From a bacterium (GTDB taxonomy: Bacteria; Verrucomicrobiota; Kiritimatiellia; CAIKKV01; CAITUY01), in contig JBAXMJ010000002.1 in the NCBI GenBank assembly GCA_037134355.1, positions 11,111 through 75,110 of the forward strand: 64,000 nucleotides of DNA. The letters are read 5' to 3'. The notes below the pieces were generated by a model, which did no database searches, was not told the origin of the DNA, and saw only the letters and a program-made list of their open reading frames with translations. The position numbers and the translations under genes are program-made. Below, in pieces: positions 28,101-36,400 of the stretch (position 1 is its first letter; each line of letters opens with the position of its first letter).

Positions 28101-29054
28101 GGCCCGGACGCCTGGCCCAACGACCCCAGGGCCGGCGCCCCACTCGGCGGCGTGACCATGGGTGGCGAATGGTTCGGCGGCTATTTCTTCAAGGCGAAGG
28201 CCACGAGTGAGTACTACCTCATCGCCGGCGGCTACACCCTGATTAAACTCAACGGCCTTGACAAGCTGCAGGCCATTCCGGCCTCGACAATCACGGTCAC
28301 CGGCAAGGATCTCCTCGCCGCGGAGAAGCTGCAAAAGGAACAGGCGGCGGCGAAGGCGGTGGCAAACGAGCTGACCATCACCCGCATCGCGACCCCGGCC
28401 AAGCTCGACGGGAAGCTGGAGAAGTACGCCAAGGAGTCAATCGTTTCCTGGAAGGCCGGCAACGCCAGCGCCCGCAGCGCCGTGGCCACCGACGGCACCA
28501 GCCTCTATCTTGCCTACGACGTGAATGGCGACGCCAACCCGATGGTCAACGGCGGCAAGGATGTCACCCAGCTCTTCGTCACCGGCGACTCGGTGGACCT
28601 GCAGCTCGGCACCAATCCTGACGGTAATGCCAAGCGCGGGGAGGCCGTGCCGGGCGATCTGCGCCTGCTCATCTCGGTGCTGGACGGCAAGCCGGCGGTG
28701 GTGCTCTACCGCTGGAAGACCGCCGGCGCGAAACACCCACAGACCTTCACCTGCCCCTGGCGTAATTACACGGTGGAGGATGTGCAGGTGCTCACCGATG
28801 CCACAGTGACCATCAACCGCCGCGCCGACGGCTACACCGTCGAGGCCGCCGTGCCGCTGAAGACACTGGGCTTCGACCCGCAGCCGGGCAAGAGCTACAA
28901 GCTCGACCTGGGCGTGATCTTCTCCGATGCCACCGGCACGACGCGGTTGCTACGCATGTACTGGGCGAACAAGGCCACCGGCCTCGTCAACGATGTTCCC
29001 GGCGAGATCATGGGCAACCCCAATCTGTGGGGCACGGCGCGCGTGGCGCCGTGA
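25131..29054 (+). CDS. Giant secreted multidomain protein, paralog 2 (N-terminal CBM9-like, FlgD-Ig-like, beta-propeller, C-terminal CBM9-like)
   Basis: Up to 1307 aa. Candidate starts at 25131 (coupled to the upstream gene), or internal Mets at about 25188 or 25224 that precede the hydrophobic core FLGLLCLAGVSPPAFAQQ. FlgD-Ig-like block GRRVKNVIGMAPRAKGKQTDLWDGTDDQGKLMPPGTYKM. Propeller repeats (ALVGADLNGRRKWGESKF; RIYVADRGTQQVKVF). YTVEAAVPLKTLGF CBM9-like C-terminus. Confidence 0.7.
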   Translation: MSRQRQSNQGKPNPMFSNSMKKIAALKKKTTMFSTFIKKQIPGFLGLLCLAGVSPPAFAQQTDNHALHAVPHSGKVVIDGKLDDWDLSGQIDVFANFKTRNNYSTKVAAMYDKENFYLLVTWRDPTPMFNMVDSNFDIGSGWKSDCLQLRLKTDMVIVDVACWYSAAAKHPVVSIQYGRYTGESDPESNKNFQNIMDALKVGALEAFQMGEDGKSYTQEIALPWKLITGQGAIVKATGKPYKEPKTYGPGDSFNMGMEFLWGPPDGRTFPIHRYADLLKPGTSSREFFWTAENAWGSVILEPKGNLKLPAVEYAASTEYLQKTEGPVKLNYTMPFDGFATLVVDDGQGRRVKNVIGMAPRAKGKQTDLWDGTDDQGKLMPPGTYKMRGLLHAGIDPVYEASYGTPGVPPWETGDGTGGWMSDHNPDVAVAAGSKMMLLAASGCESGRALVGADLNGRRKWGESKFQGIAAVAADDTYAYAGMNPAEPSIGRLLLADGKYAPFATQPEPQLMVKVATAEEKATVRGLAVAADRLAVALAGPDVVRFYNKVSMQPQGEVKLTAPGGLAYDTAGALLAVSGQSVVKIVDGKVTPVVTANLEKPMGLALDAQGRIYVADRGTQQVKVFTAAGAFDHAVGVAGGRPLPGKWVAGGMREPNGIAIDPQGRLWVAEETMYPKRFSVWGADGKPVMDFNGPPTYGGLGACVDSDDKTRVFGNGCEFKLDYAADKATVTANLLDGNINGELLKINGREYFINKRGELSQRRGDALVKVAAVGSVQLARGGVILDNWGQKCTFPLTAPKDTKDWFGYVWSDLNDDGQMQAEECQTTTEKLDGGYWGGYWLDEKFNIYTGPGGYGSQTVCTIPLAGWTKAGTPTWDLTKLRVIVANRESVGPNKLYCVGEGKVIVGTPLTCLADDGTKLWSYGKDLFNDVHGSHLAPIPERDDQLYGTLNCIGTAQTPVGKAFAMGSNMGRLFVMTTDGLLVGSVFQDCRIGPDAWPNDPRAGAPLGGVTMGGEWFGGYFFKAKATSEYYLIAGGYTLIKLNGLDKLQAIPASTITVTGKDLLAAEKLQKEQAAAKAVANELTITRIATPAKLDGKLEKYAKESIVSWKAGNASARSAVATDGTSLYLAYDVNGDANPMVNGGKDVTQLFVTGDSVDLQLGTNPDGNAKRGEAVPGDLRLLISVLDGKPAVVLYRWKTAGAKHPQTFTCPWRNYTVEDVQVLTDATVTINRRADGYTVEAAVPLKTLGFDPQPGKSYKLDLGVIFSDATGTTRLLRMYWANKATGLVNDVPGEIMGNPNLWGTARVAP

Positions 29055-29073
29055 GGAGACGGGCGGAAGGAAG

Positions 29074-32000
29074 ATGACTGCAACACGGTTGTCTGCCGCG
29101 ATGCTTGCCGTTCTGGGTCTCGTGCTTCGAGCCGCGGGGGCCGACGCCGATTTCACCCAGCCGGCGGCTGATCGAGACGCCTGGCGAGGGGTGAGGGCGC
29201 AGCTTGTGACGGACTCCGGCGCCGCCCCCCTGCCATCGACGGTGGTCGAGGCGATTGCCGGCTTCGCTCCCGCCGACCGTGCGGTGAGCGCACAGTGGGC
29301 TGCGGCCCTTTCCGTCGCGGGTGGAGATGGGGCAGGAAAGGCGGTACACCTCCTTTTCGCGTTTGCAACTCCGCTCCCGGCCGGAACGCTTGTCACCGAT
29401 TGGGCGGCAGCCTTCAGCGCCGGTCCCGCGCCCGCCTCGCCCGACGACGCGGCCTGGAAGGCGATCGAGACGCCGCCCCGGCAGGCCGAGCCCCGGCTGT
29501 TGCCGCTGCCCGCGGACGCCCGCCTGAGCGGGCTGCGCCTGACGGCCCGGACGCCAGAGCAAGGTACGCTGGTCCTGCCCCTGTTGAAGGTGCTCGCGGG
29601 ACGCCACTTCAACGCCACCCCCTTCGCCTTTGTGAACGCTGAAAGCGAGTACACGCTGGAGAACCCTGGGGGGCCGCCTGTCGTCTTTCGGGCGACCAGC
29701 CTGACGCAGGGCCAGGGCGAATGGCGCAACACGGGAGAGGACAGGGCGAAGCGCATCCCCCGCGCGCCGGTTTCCGATGTCCTCCCTTCGTGGGTGGTTC
29801 TTTCCTGGAACGAGCCGCATCTCTTCGAAGGCCTGATCATGCGGGGCAATCTCTCGAACGTGAAGGTGTATGCGTTCACCGGACCGGCGGGCATCAATCC
29901 CAGCCTGGCGCCCGATGCACAGTGGCGCCGCCTGTCTTTCCGGCAGGTGTTCGAGCGCGGCAACGGGGGCATGGGCGAGCGCTGGTTGGCTGTTGCGCCG
30001 GTGGAAACGCGAGGCGTGAAGGTGCTTATTGAGCGGACTGACGGCAGTCCCGTCGCCCGCTTGAACGCCCTTAGCGCGATTGCACGGCTGCGGACCGACA
30101 CCATTCCGGCGCCGGTTGTCCGCCCGCCTTCCGGCATCGCCATCCCCTACGAGCTCAAGGAGGCGGGCGAAGTCACCATGGTGATTACGGATGCCGGAGG
30201 CCGGCCGATCCGCAACCTCATGGCCCGGCGCCAGCGGGACGCCGGCGCGAACCGGGAATTCTGGGATCTGAAGGATACCGGCGGCAAGCTGATGCCCCCC
30301 GGCCGCTACGGGTTCAAGGCGATCACCCATCCGCCGCTGACCTTGCGCTACCAGATGACCCCCTATCCGAACATCGGCAATCATGCCCCGGAGAATACGC
30401 CGTGGCCCACGTCGCTTTCGGGGCGCGGCGGCTGGCTGGCCGACCACTCGTCGGACGGCGCACTGGCGACGGCGGGGGACCGGGCGTGGCTCGGCTCGGG
30501 GACGGCGGAAGGCGGCCATGCCATGCTCGAGGCCGATCTGGATGGACGCAAGCGCTGGGGGCGCCACAATTTCATTGCCTGGACCGGTCCCCAGCTTCTC
30601 GCGGCCAATGAAAAATCCGTTTTCGCCTATGCCTGGTCGGCGCAAGCGAGCCAATGGCCCGGTGGCGCGGACTTTATCTGGCGCGTCGAAGCCGAGTCCC
30701 ATGAGACGCGGACGCTGGCCACGCTGCCGCCCACGTCGGACCGGGCGCGCGGTGTACGGGGCATGGCCGCGCTGGACGACCAGTTGCTGTTGGCCGTGCG
30801 TGGCGATCTGCGCTGGCTCGTCAATGCCGTATCCGAGGCCGATATCGACCCTGCGAAGTGCCGTCCCATCCTGTCCGGCCCCGATCCGCGCGATCCCCTC
30901 GCTCCGGACCCCCGCCGCGATTTCCTGCGGCTCTTCCGGATCACGGGATCGCCCCCGGGACAACAGGGAAAGGGCCTGACGTACCTGGCCTCCGAGCGTG
31001 GTCCCGAGGTCCGCCAGCATATTCTCCTGGCCTTCAATCGCCCGGCCGAACTGGGCACCATGGTTTTCCCCATGCTTCCGCCCGGCGAGATCGCCGTGCG
31101 CTTCAGCACGCTCAAGAAAGGTCTGACGCTGCCCGCGGATCTGTATAACGAGGAACTCTGGCAGACGGTTCCTCTGCCGAAAAATCTCCAGGGGTGGAGC
31201 GCCGTGCCGTTCCTTCCCGACACCGTGACCCGGGCGCTGCGCATCACCTTCATCAAGGGGGTGGACGATGAGTTTGCCGACGCGCTCGCGATGCCCGGCG
31301 ACAATCCGAAGCAGGGGGCATGGAGCGCCTCGATCGAGGGCATGAAACTGCTGCGGCGGCGCTACGAGAGCCTGCTTCCCGAGGCCTCGGTCATGGTCAA
31401 CTCGGGCGTGATCAACGCTGCCGGCGAATGGGATGCCCGGCGCGACACGCCGCTGACTCCGGAAGAGCCCGCTGTCTATGCGCTGCACTGGAAACGGAGC
31501 CAACCGGTGCGCGGACTGGCCATCAAGGAGATTGACGCCAAGCGGGTCGAGATCGATGTCTTTACCGGTGGCGACGGACAAGCCATCGACATCAAGGACG
31601 ATTCGCTCTGGCGGCAGGTTGCCGACTACACGCCGCCTCTGCGCGATTACTATGGGCAAAACTCCGACGCCCGCTACATCGACGGTTACGTCGACTTCGG
31701 CCCGGATGTCGTCACCCGTGCCGTGCGCCTTCGCATGGTCGAGCAATGGACGACCCGCGCCGACGGGGCTGCCGGCATGGTCGGTGTGAGACGCGACCGC
31801 GGCGGGATGGAGCTCTCGCCGTCGCGCTGCCATGTCTACGGCGTGGCGCCGCTGCGGCACCTGGGCGGCGCGCCCGAGGATCCGCTCGGAGCGCACCGAC
31901 TGGAAGTGGTGAACACGACGACCGGCAAGATCGAGCGCGAACTGCCGTTGCCCGATGGCGGTGCCCTGGCCGTTGGGCCCGGTGGAACGGCCTATGGCCT

Positions 32001-34296
32001 GTCGGGCAACCGCATCCTGCGGCTCGATCTTAAAGACGGCAAGCACGAAGCGGTTGTCGAGGGGCTGCAGTCGCCGCGCGCCCTGGCGGTCGATGCCAAG
32101 GGCCGCTTCTATGTCTTCGAGGGAGCACCCGAACTGCAGGTGGTGCGCATCTACGACGGGAAGGGCCGCCTGGACGGGCAGTTTGGCACGCCGGGCGGAT
32201 TCCGTGCCGGCCCCTGGGATCCGACCCGTTTCGGGAACGTCACGGCCCTGTCGATCGACAGCCGCGGCCAGATCTGGGTGGCCGAAAGCCAACAATTCCC
32301 CAAGCGGACAACCCTGTGGAATCCCGATGGCACGTTCCGGCGCGAATTGTTCGGGCGTACGGGGTACGGTGGCGGCGGTGTCGGCGATCCCGGCAATCCG
32401 AACCTTCTCTATTACGGTCCGCTTGAGTTCGAGATGGATCCCAAGACCGGACTGACCCGGTTGCGCAGCCTGACCTGGACCGGCCCCATGCCGGCCGGAG
32501 AGCAGCCGATCTATGTGAACGGCCGCAAATACATGGTGACCCGGCAGTGCTTCTTCCGTCAATCGGTGGGTATCGTCTACCTGTACGATGGCGGCGCGCT
32601 CAAACCCGTCGCGGCCATGGGGATGGCCGGCGGGTTCAGCCCCTTGACCGCGCCGCGGTTCCGCCCTCTGCTCGGCGGCAAACCGTTAGCCCACTACCAG
32701 TTCGTGTGGTCCGACCTGAACGGCAACGGCGAAGTCGATCCCGATGAAGTGCGGTTGATGCCTGCAACCATTGTGGACGTAACCAATTTCGATCCGTTCC
32801 TCGGCGTGACCGGCGGGCGGCAAGCGTACAAACAAGGCGACTTCCTGGCCTTCGAGGTGGAACGGTTCCTGCCCACGGGCGTGCCCGTCTACGCGGTGCG
32901 CGAGCTGCCATTCAAGGGCGACAACGCCTACCGGTTGCGTAACGGGAACTATTTCATGCTGGGCGAAGCCCGGGGCCGGGCTCCGGACGGAACCGAGCTC
33001 TGGCACTATCCGACTGAAGGCACGGGGGTCCATGCCTACTATAAGGCCGGTCCGTTCAGTCCCGAGCAGGTGGTGGCGGAGTTCAGCATTATCGGACACG
33101 GCATCGCGCCGAAGGGTGATCTGGGCGAATACCTGGTGACCAGCTCGAATCCCGGCGCCTGGCACCTCTGGACGGCGGACGGGCTGCTCGCCGCGTACAT
33201 CTTCCTCGATCAGCGCGATCCGCGGGCGCGGCTCTGGAATATGCCGGAAGCCCGCCGCGGCATGATCGTCGAGAACGTCACGGCCGGCCAGGAACATTTC
33301 TGGGGTTCGGTGACCCAGGCTGACGATGGCCGGACACTGGGGGTTTACAATTCCACGCACGTGTTTGAAATCGAGGGGATGGACCGGTTCCGGCGGTTTT
33401 CGGGCACCCTCGACGTGACGGCGCAGGATGTCCGGACAGCGTTCGATGCCGTGCGCCAGGATGCCGCCGGGGAGGCGTATGGCGCCGCCCGGCTGGCCAG
33501 CCTTCAGCGTATCGAGGTGCCCGTCCGGATCGATGGCGACGGCGGGGATTGGGGCGGCATCGAGCCGATGCAACTCGAGCTTCCGTCGCCGTTCTCCGCC
33601 TCGCTGCGGATCGCCCATGACGGCACCCAGCTTTACGCCCTGTATGAGGTGTCCGGGATGGGTCCCTTCAAGAACAGCGGGGAGGACACCCGGCAACTGT
33701 TCAAGACCGGGGCCGCGGTTGACTTGATGCTGGGGGTCGATCCGGCTGCGCGTGCGGACCGACGCGTTCCTGTCGCCGGGGACCAGCGCCTCCTTTTCGC
33801 GATGCTGGGCGGCCAGCCGGTGGCGATGCTTTATGAGGCCGTGGTGCCCGGGTTGAGCGGGCACACGCCGGAGCGTTTCGCGACCCTGGTGTTCGCGACC
33901 AGCTTCGACCGCATCCGCCGGCTCGACAATGCCAGGATCGCGGTTCGCGGGCATGCCAACGGCTATACCCTCGAAGCGGCCGTGCCGCTGCGGGAGCTGG
34001 GACTCCCCCCAGAGCCCGGCGCGCTCATCAAGTTCGATTGGGGCGTCATGCGGGCTGATCCGGAAGGCCATGGCCTGCTTGGCCGATACTACTGGTCCAA
34101 CCGGGCCACCAGTATCCTGTCGGATGTCGCTCTTGAGGCGTCCCTCGACCCCTACCTCTGGGGGCACATGCGGTTCCCCGTTGCCGGCGAGCAACGCACC
34201 GGGCATCCGCGGCAGCCGGTCCTTGGCGTGGAGCCCGCCGCGGGCGACCCGTTGATCGATGACATGCTTCACGAATTGACGGAAGAATCGCGCTGA
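29074..34296 (+). CDS. Giant secreted multidomain protein, paralog 3 (about 1740 aa)
   Basis: Start MTATRLSAAMLAVLGLVLRAAGADA after a GGAAGGAAG SD, 20 nt past the upstream stop. The track ORF start at 28927 is inside the previous gene. FlgD-Ig-like GRPIRNLMARRQRDAGANREFWDLKDTGGKLMPPGRYGF. Propeller repeats (AMLEADLDGRKRWGRHNF; RFYVFEGAP). YTLEAAVPLRELGL CBM9-like C-terminus. Confidence 0.7.
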   Translation: MTATRLSAAMLAVLGLVLRAAGADADFTQPAADRDAWRGVRAQLVTDSGAAPLPSTVVEAIAGFAPADRAVSAQWAAALSVAGGDGAGKAVHLLFAFATPLPAGTLVTDWAAAFSAGPAPASPDDAAWKAIETPPRQAEPRLLPLPADARLSGLRLTARTPEQGTLVLPLLKVLAGRHFNATPFAFVNAESEYTLENPGGPPVVFRATSLTQGQGEWRNTGEDRAKRIPRAPVSDVLPSWVVLSWNEPHLFEGLIMRGNLSNVKVYAFTGPAGINPSLAPDAQWRRLSFRQVFERGNGGMGERWLAVAPVETRGVKVLIERTDGSPVARLNALSAIARLRTDTIPAPVVRPPSGIAIPYELKEAGEVTMVITDAGGRPIRNLMARRQRDAGANREFWDLKDTGGKLMPPGRYGFKAITHPPLTLRYQMTPYPNIGNHAPENTPWPTSLSGRGGWLADHSSDGALATAGDRAWLGSGTAEGGHAMLEADLDGRKRWGRHNFIAWTGPQLLAANEKSVFAYAWSAQASQWPGGADFIWRVEAESHETRTLATLPPTSDRARGVRGMAALDDQLLLAVRGDLRWLVNAVSEADIDPAKCRPILSGPDPRDPLAPDPRRDFLRLFRITGSPPGQQGKGLTYLASERGPEVRQHILLAFNRPAELGTMVFPMLPPGEIAVRFSTLKKGLTLPADLYNEELWQTVPLPKNLQGWSAVPFLPDTVTRALRITFIKGVDDEFADALAMPGDNPKQGAWSASIEGMKLLRRRYESLLPEASVMVNSGVINAAGEWDARRDTPLTPEEPAVYALHWKRSQPVRGLAIKEIDAKRVEIDVFTGGDGQAIDIKDDSLWRQVADYTPPLRDYYGQNSDARYIDGYVDFGPDVVTRAVRLRMVEQWTTRADGAAGMVGVRRDRGGMELSPSRCHVYGVAPLRHLGGAPEDPLGAHRLEVVNTTTGKIERELPLPDGGALAVGPGGTAYGLSGNRILRLDLKDGKHEAVVEGLQSPRALAVDAKGRFYVFEGAPELQVVRIYDGKGRLDGQFGTPGGFRAGPWDPTRFGNVTALSIDSRGQIWVAESQQFPKRTTLWNPDGTFRRELFGRTGYGGGGVGDPGNPNLLYYGPLEFEMDPKTGLTRLRSLTWTGPMPAGEQPIYVNGRKYMVTRQCFFRQSVGIVYLYDGGALKPVAAMGMAGGFSPLTAPRFRPLLGGKPLAHYQFVWSDLNGNGEVDPDEVRLMPATIVDVTNFDPFLGVTGGRQAYKQGDFLAFEVERFLPTGVPVYAVRELPFKGDNAYRLRNGNYFMLGEARGRAPDGTELWHYPTEGTGVHAYYKAGPFSPEQVVAEFSIIGHGIAPKGDLGEYLVTSSNPGAWHLWTADGLLAAYIFLDQRDPRARLWNMPEARRGMIVENVTAGQEHFWGSVTQADDGRTLGVYNSTHVFEIEGMDRFRRFSGTLDVTAQDVRTAFDAVRQDAAGEAYGAARLASLQRIEVPVRIDGDGGDWGGIEPMQLELPSPFSASLRIAHDGTQLYALYEVSGMGPFKNSGEDTRQLFKTGAAVDLMLGVDPAARADRRVPVAGDQRLLFAMLGGQPVAMLYEAVVPGLSGHTPERFATLVFATSFDRIRRLDNARIAVRGHANGYTLEAAVPLRELGLPPEPGALIKFDWGVMRADPEGHGLLGRYYWSNRATSILSDVALEASLDPYLWGHMRFPVAGEQRTGHPRQPVLGVEPAAGDPLIDDMLHELTEESR

Positions 34297-34359
34297 ACGG
34301 AAGGCATACATGCTCATGACTCAGCCAATCGGAAATCACACCCTGGAAGGAATCGATGC

Positions 34360-36318
34360 ATGAAGCGTGTTTATGATCTCTCGGAATTGTCCTGGACGGT
34401 TGCCGGTTACACGCCCACGTCCTGGGCGATGGGCCGCAGCATGGAGCTTGGGTTTTTTGCAACCCCGGAAGTCGCCCCCGTCCCGGCAGCGGTTCCCGGC
34501 TCGGTGCAGCAGGCGCTGCGCCAGGCCGGGCTGCTGCCCGACTGGAACCACGGGCTCGACTTCCGCGCCTGCGAGTGGGTGGAGAATCGCGACTGGTGTT
34601 TCGCGACGGTGCTTCCGGCCGCGTGGCTCGAACAGGAAGGGCGGATCACCCTGCGCTGCCTGGGGCTGGACGCCTGTGGCTTCATCTATTTCAACGGCGA
34701 CCGGATTCTCGAATTCCACAATGGTTTCCACCCCCACGAGGTCGAGCTGCCGCGCACGGCGGCGGGGAAGGGGGGCAACCGCCTGGAGATCATCTTTACG
34801 GTTCCGCCACGCTGGAACGGCACGCCGAATTTCAGCTCCCGGATCAAGGACTGGAAAGCCCGTTTCAACTATACCTGGGATTGGATTCCCCGCACGGTGC
34901 AGATCGGCATCTGGGATCGGATCGAACTGCGCGTCCGCGCGGGCGCTGAACTGGGCGAAATCCGCCCGCAGGCGTCGATTTTGTCCGATGGCTCCCGTCC
35001 GTGTCTGCGGATTTCCGGTGCCCCCGTGGATTCCGATGCATGCAAAATCCGGCTGCGGCTCGAGGCAGCGGACGGCACGTTGATCCGGGCGGAGGAACGC
35101 CCGGCGCATGATTTGAACGAGGGCATCCTTTGGCACGATCTAGCCGTCGAGCCCTGGCAGCCCAACGGAAATGGCCTGCAGCCGCTCTACACCCTCGCCT
35201 GCACGCTGGTCGATGCGGAAACCGACGCGGAACATGACCGCGACGTCCGGCGCGTGGGCTTCCGGAGCATCGCCTGGAAGCCCTGCAAGAACGCGCCGCC
35301 CAAGGCGGATCCCTGGATCTGCGAAATCAACGGGAGGCCGACGTTCCTGCGCGGCGTCAACTGGACGCCCATCCGACCGAACTATGCCGACGTTACCCCG
35401 GAGATGTACCGGGCGCGCCTGGAGCTTTATCGAGACGCCGGTTTCAACCTGCTGCGGGTCTGGGGCGGGGCGTTCCTGGAGAAGCGCTGGTTCTATGACC
35501 TCTGCGACGAATTCGGCCTGCTGGTCTGGCAGGAATTCCCGCTTTCCTCATCCGGGCCGGACAATTCCCCCCCGTCCGATGAAGACAGCCTGCGCGAGAT
35601 GGAACGGATCGGACGCAGTTACGTCCGTCGCCGCCGCCATCACGCCTCGCTTCTGATGTGGTGCGGCGGCAACGAACTGCAAACCCAGGCCGACGGCGCC
35701 CCGGGCTGCGGGGTGCCGCTGACGAGCGCGCATCCCATGCTCGGCCTCCTGGAGCGAATCGTCGGGGAAGAGGACGGCGAACGCCGGTACATGGCCACCT
35801 CGGCTTCCGGCCCCACGTTCGTTGCCAATCCCGCCGACTTTGGCAAGGGGCTGAATTGGGATGTCCATGGACCCTGGCGCCGGCCGGACGAGAACCCGGA
35901 CAAGGCCCGGGAATACTGGCGCAAGGATGACGCCCTCTTCCGCAGCGAGACGGGGCACCCCTCCGCCAGTTCGGCCGAACTGCTGCGCAAGTATCATGGG
36001 GAACTGGCTGACGGCCCGGTTTCCATGGAGAACCCCCTGTGGCAGGTGACCTTTCAGTGGCTGGAGCGGCGGCAGTTCGAAGCCGAGATGGGCCGCGCCC
36101 CTCGGGACTTGGAGGAATACGTCCAGTGGACGCAGAAGAACCAGGCGGAAGCCCTGGTGGCTGCCGCCGAGGCGTGCTTGAAGCGGTTTCCGGCCATTGG
36201 CGGATACCTCATCTGGATGGGACACGACTCCTGGCCCTGCGCCGCCAACACCTCGATCATCGACTTCGACGGCAACCCCAAGCCGGCGCTGGCCGCGCTG
36301 AAAGACATCATCTGGTGA
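34360..36318 (+). CDS. Glycoside hydrolase family 2-like (beta-mannosidase/exo-glucosaminidase-type), short form
   Basis: 652 aa. N-terminal sugar-binding beta-sandwich. TIM-barrel with the LLMWCGGNE acid/base motif typical of GH2. No signal peptide. Confidence 0.6.
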   Translation: MKRVYDLSELSWTVAGYTPTSWAMGRSMELGFFATPEVAPVPAAVPGSVQQALRQAGLLPDWNHGLDFRACEWVENRDWCFATVLPAAWLEQEGRITLRCLGLDACGFIYFNGDRILEFHNGFHPHEVELPRTAAGKGGNRLEIIFTVPPRWNGTPNFSSRIKDWKARFNYTWDWIPRTVQIGIWDRIELRVRAGAELGEIRPQASILSDGSRPCLRISGAPVDSDACKIRLRLEAADGTLIRAEERPAHDLNEGILWHDLAVEPWQPNGNGLQPLYTLACTLVDAETDAEHDRDVRRVGFRSIAWKPCKNAPPKADPWICEINGRPTFLRGVNWTPIRPNYADVTPEMYRARLELYRDAGFNLLRVWGGAFLEKRWFYDLCDEFGLLVWQEFPLSSSGPDNSPPSDEDSLREMERIGRSYVRRRRHHASLLMWCGGNELQTQADGAPGCGVPLTSAHPMLGLLERIVGEEDGERRYMATSASGPTFVANPADFGKGLNWDVHGPWRRPDENPDKAREYWRKDDALFRSETGHPSASSAELLRKYHGELADGPVSMENPLWQVTFQWLERRQFEAEMGRAPRDLEEYVQWTQKNQAEALVAAAEACLKRFPAIGGYLIWMGHDSWPCAANTSIIDFDGNPKPALAALKDIIW

Positions 36319-36400
36319 CGCCTATGAACATGATCCCGAGTAACGATGCCGAAGCCTTGGTGCCTCTGGGCGAGTCTGGTGAGAGGAAGGATGTGAAGCG

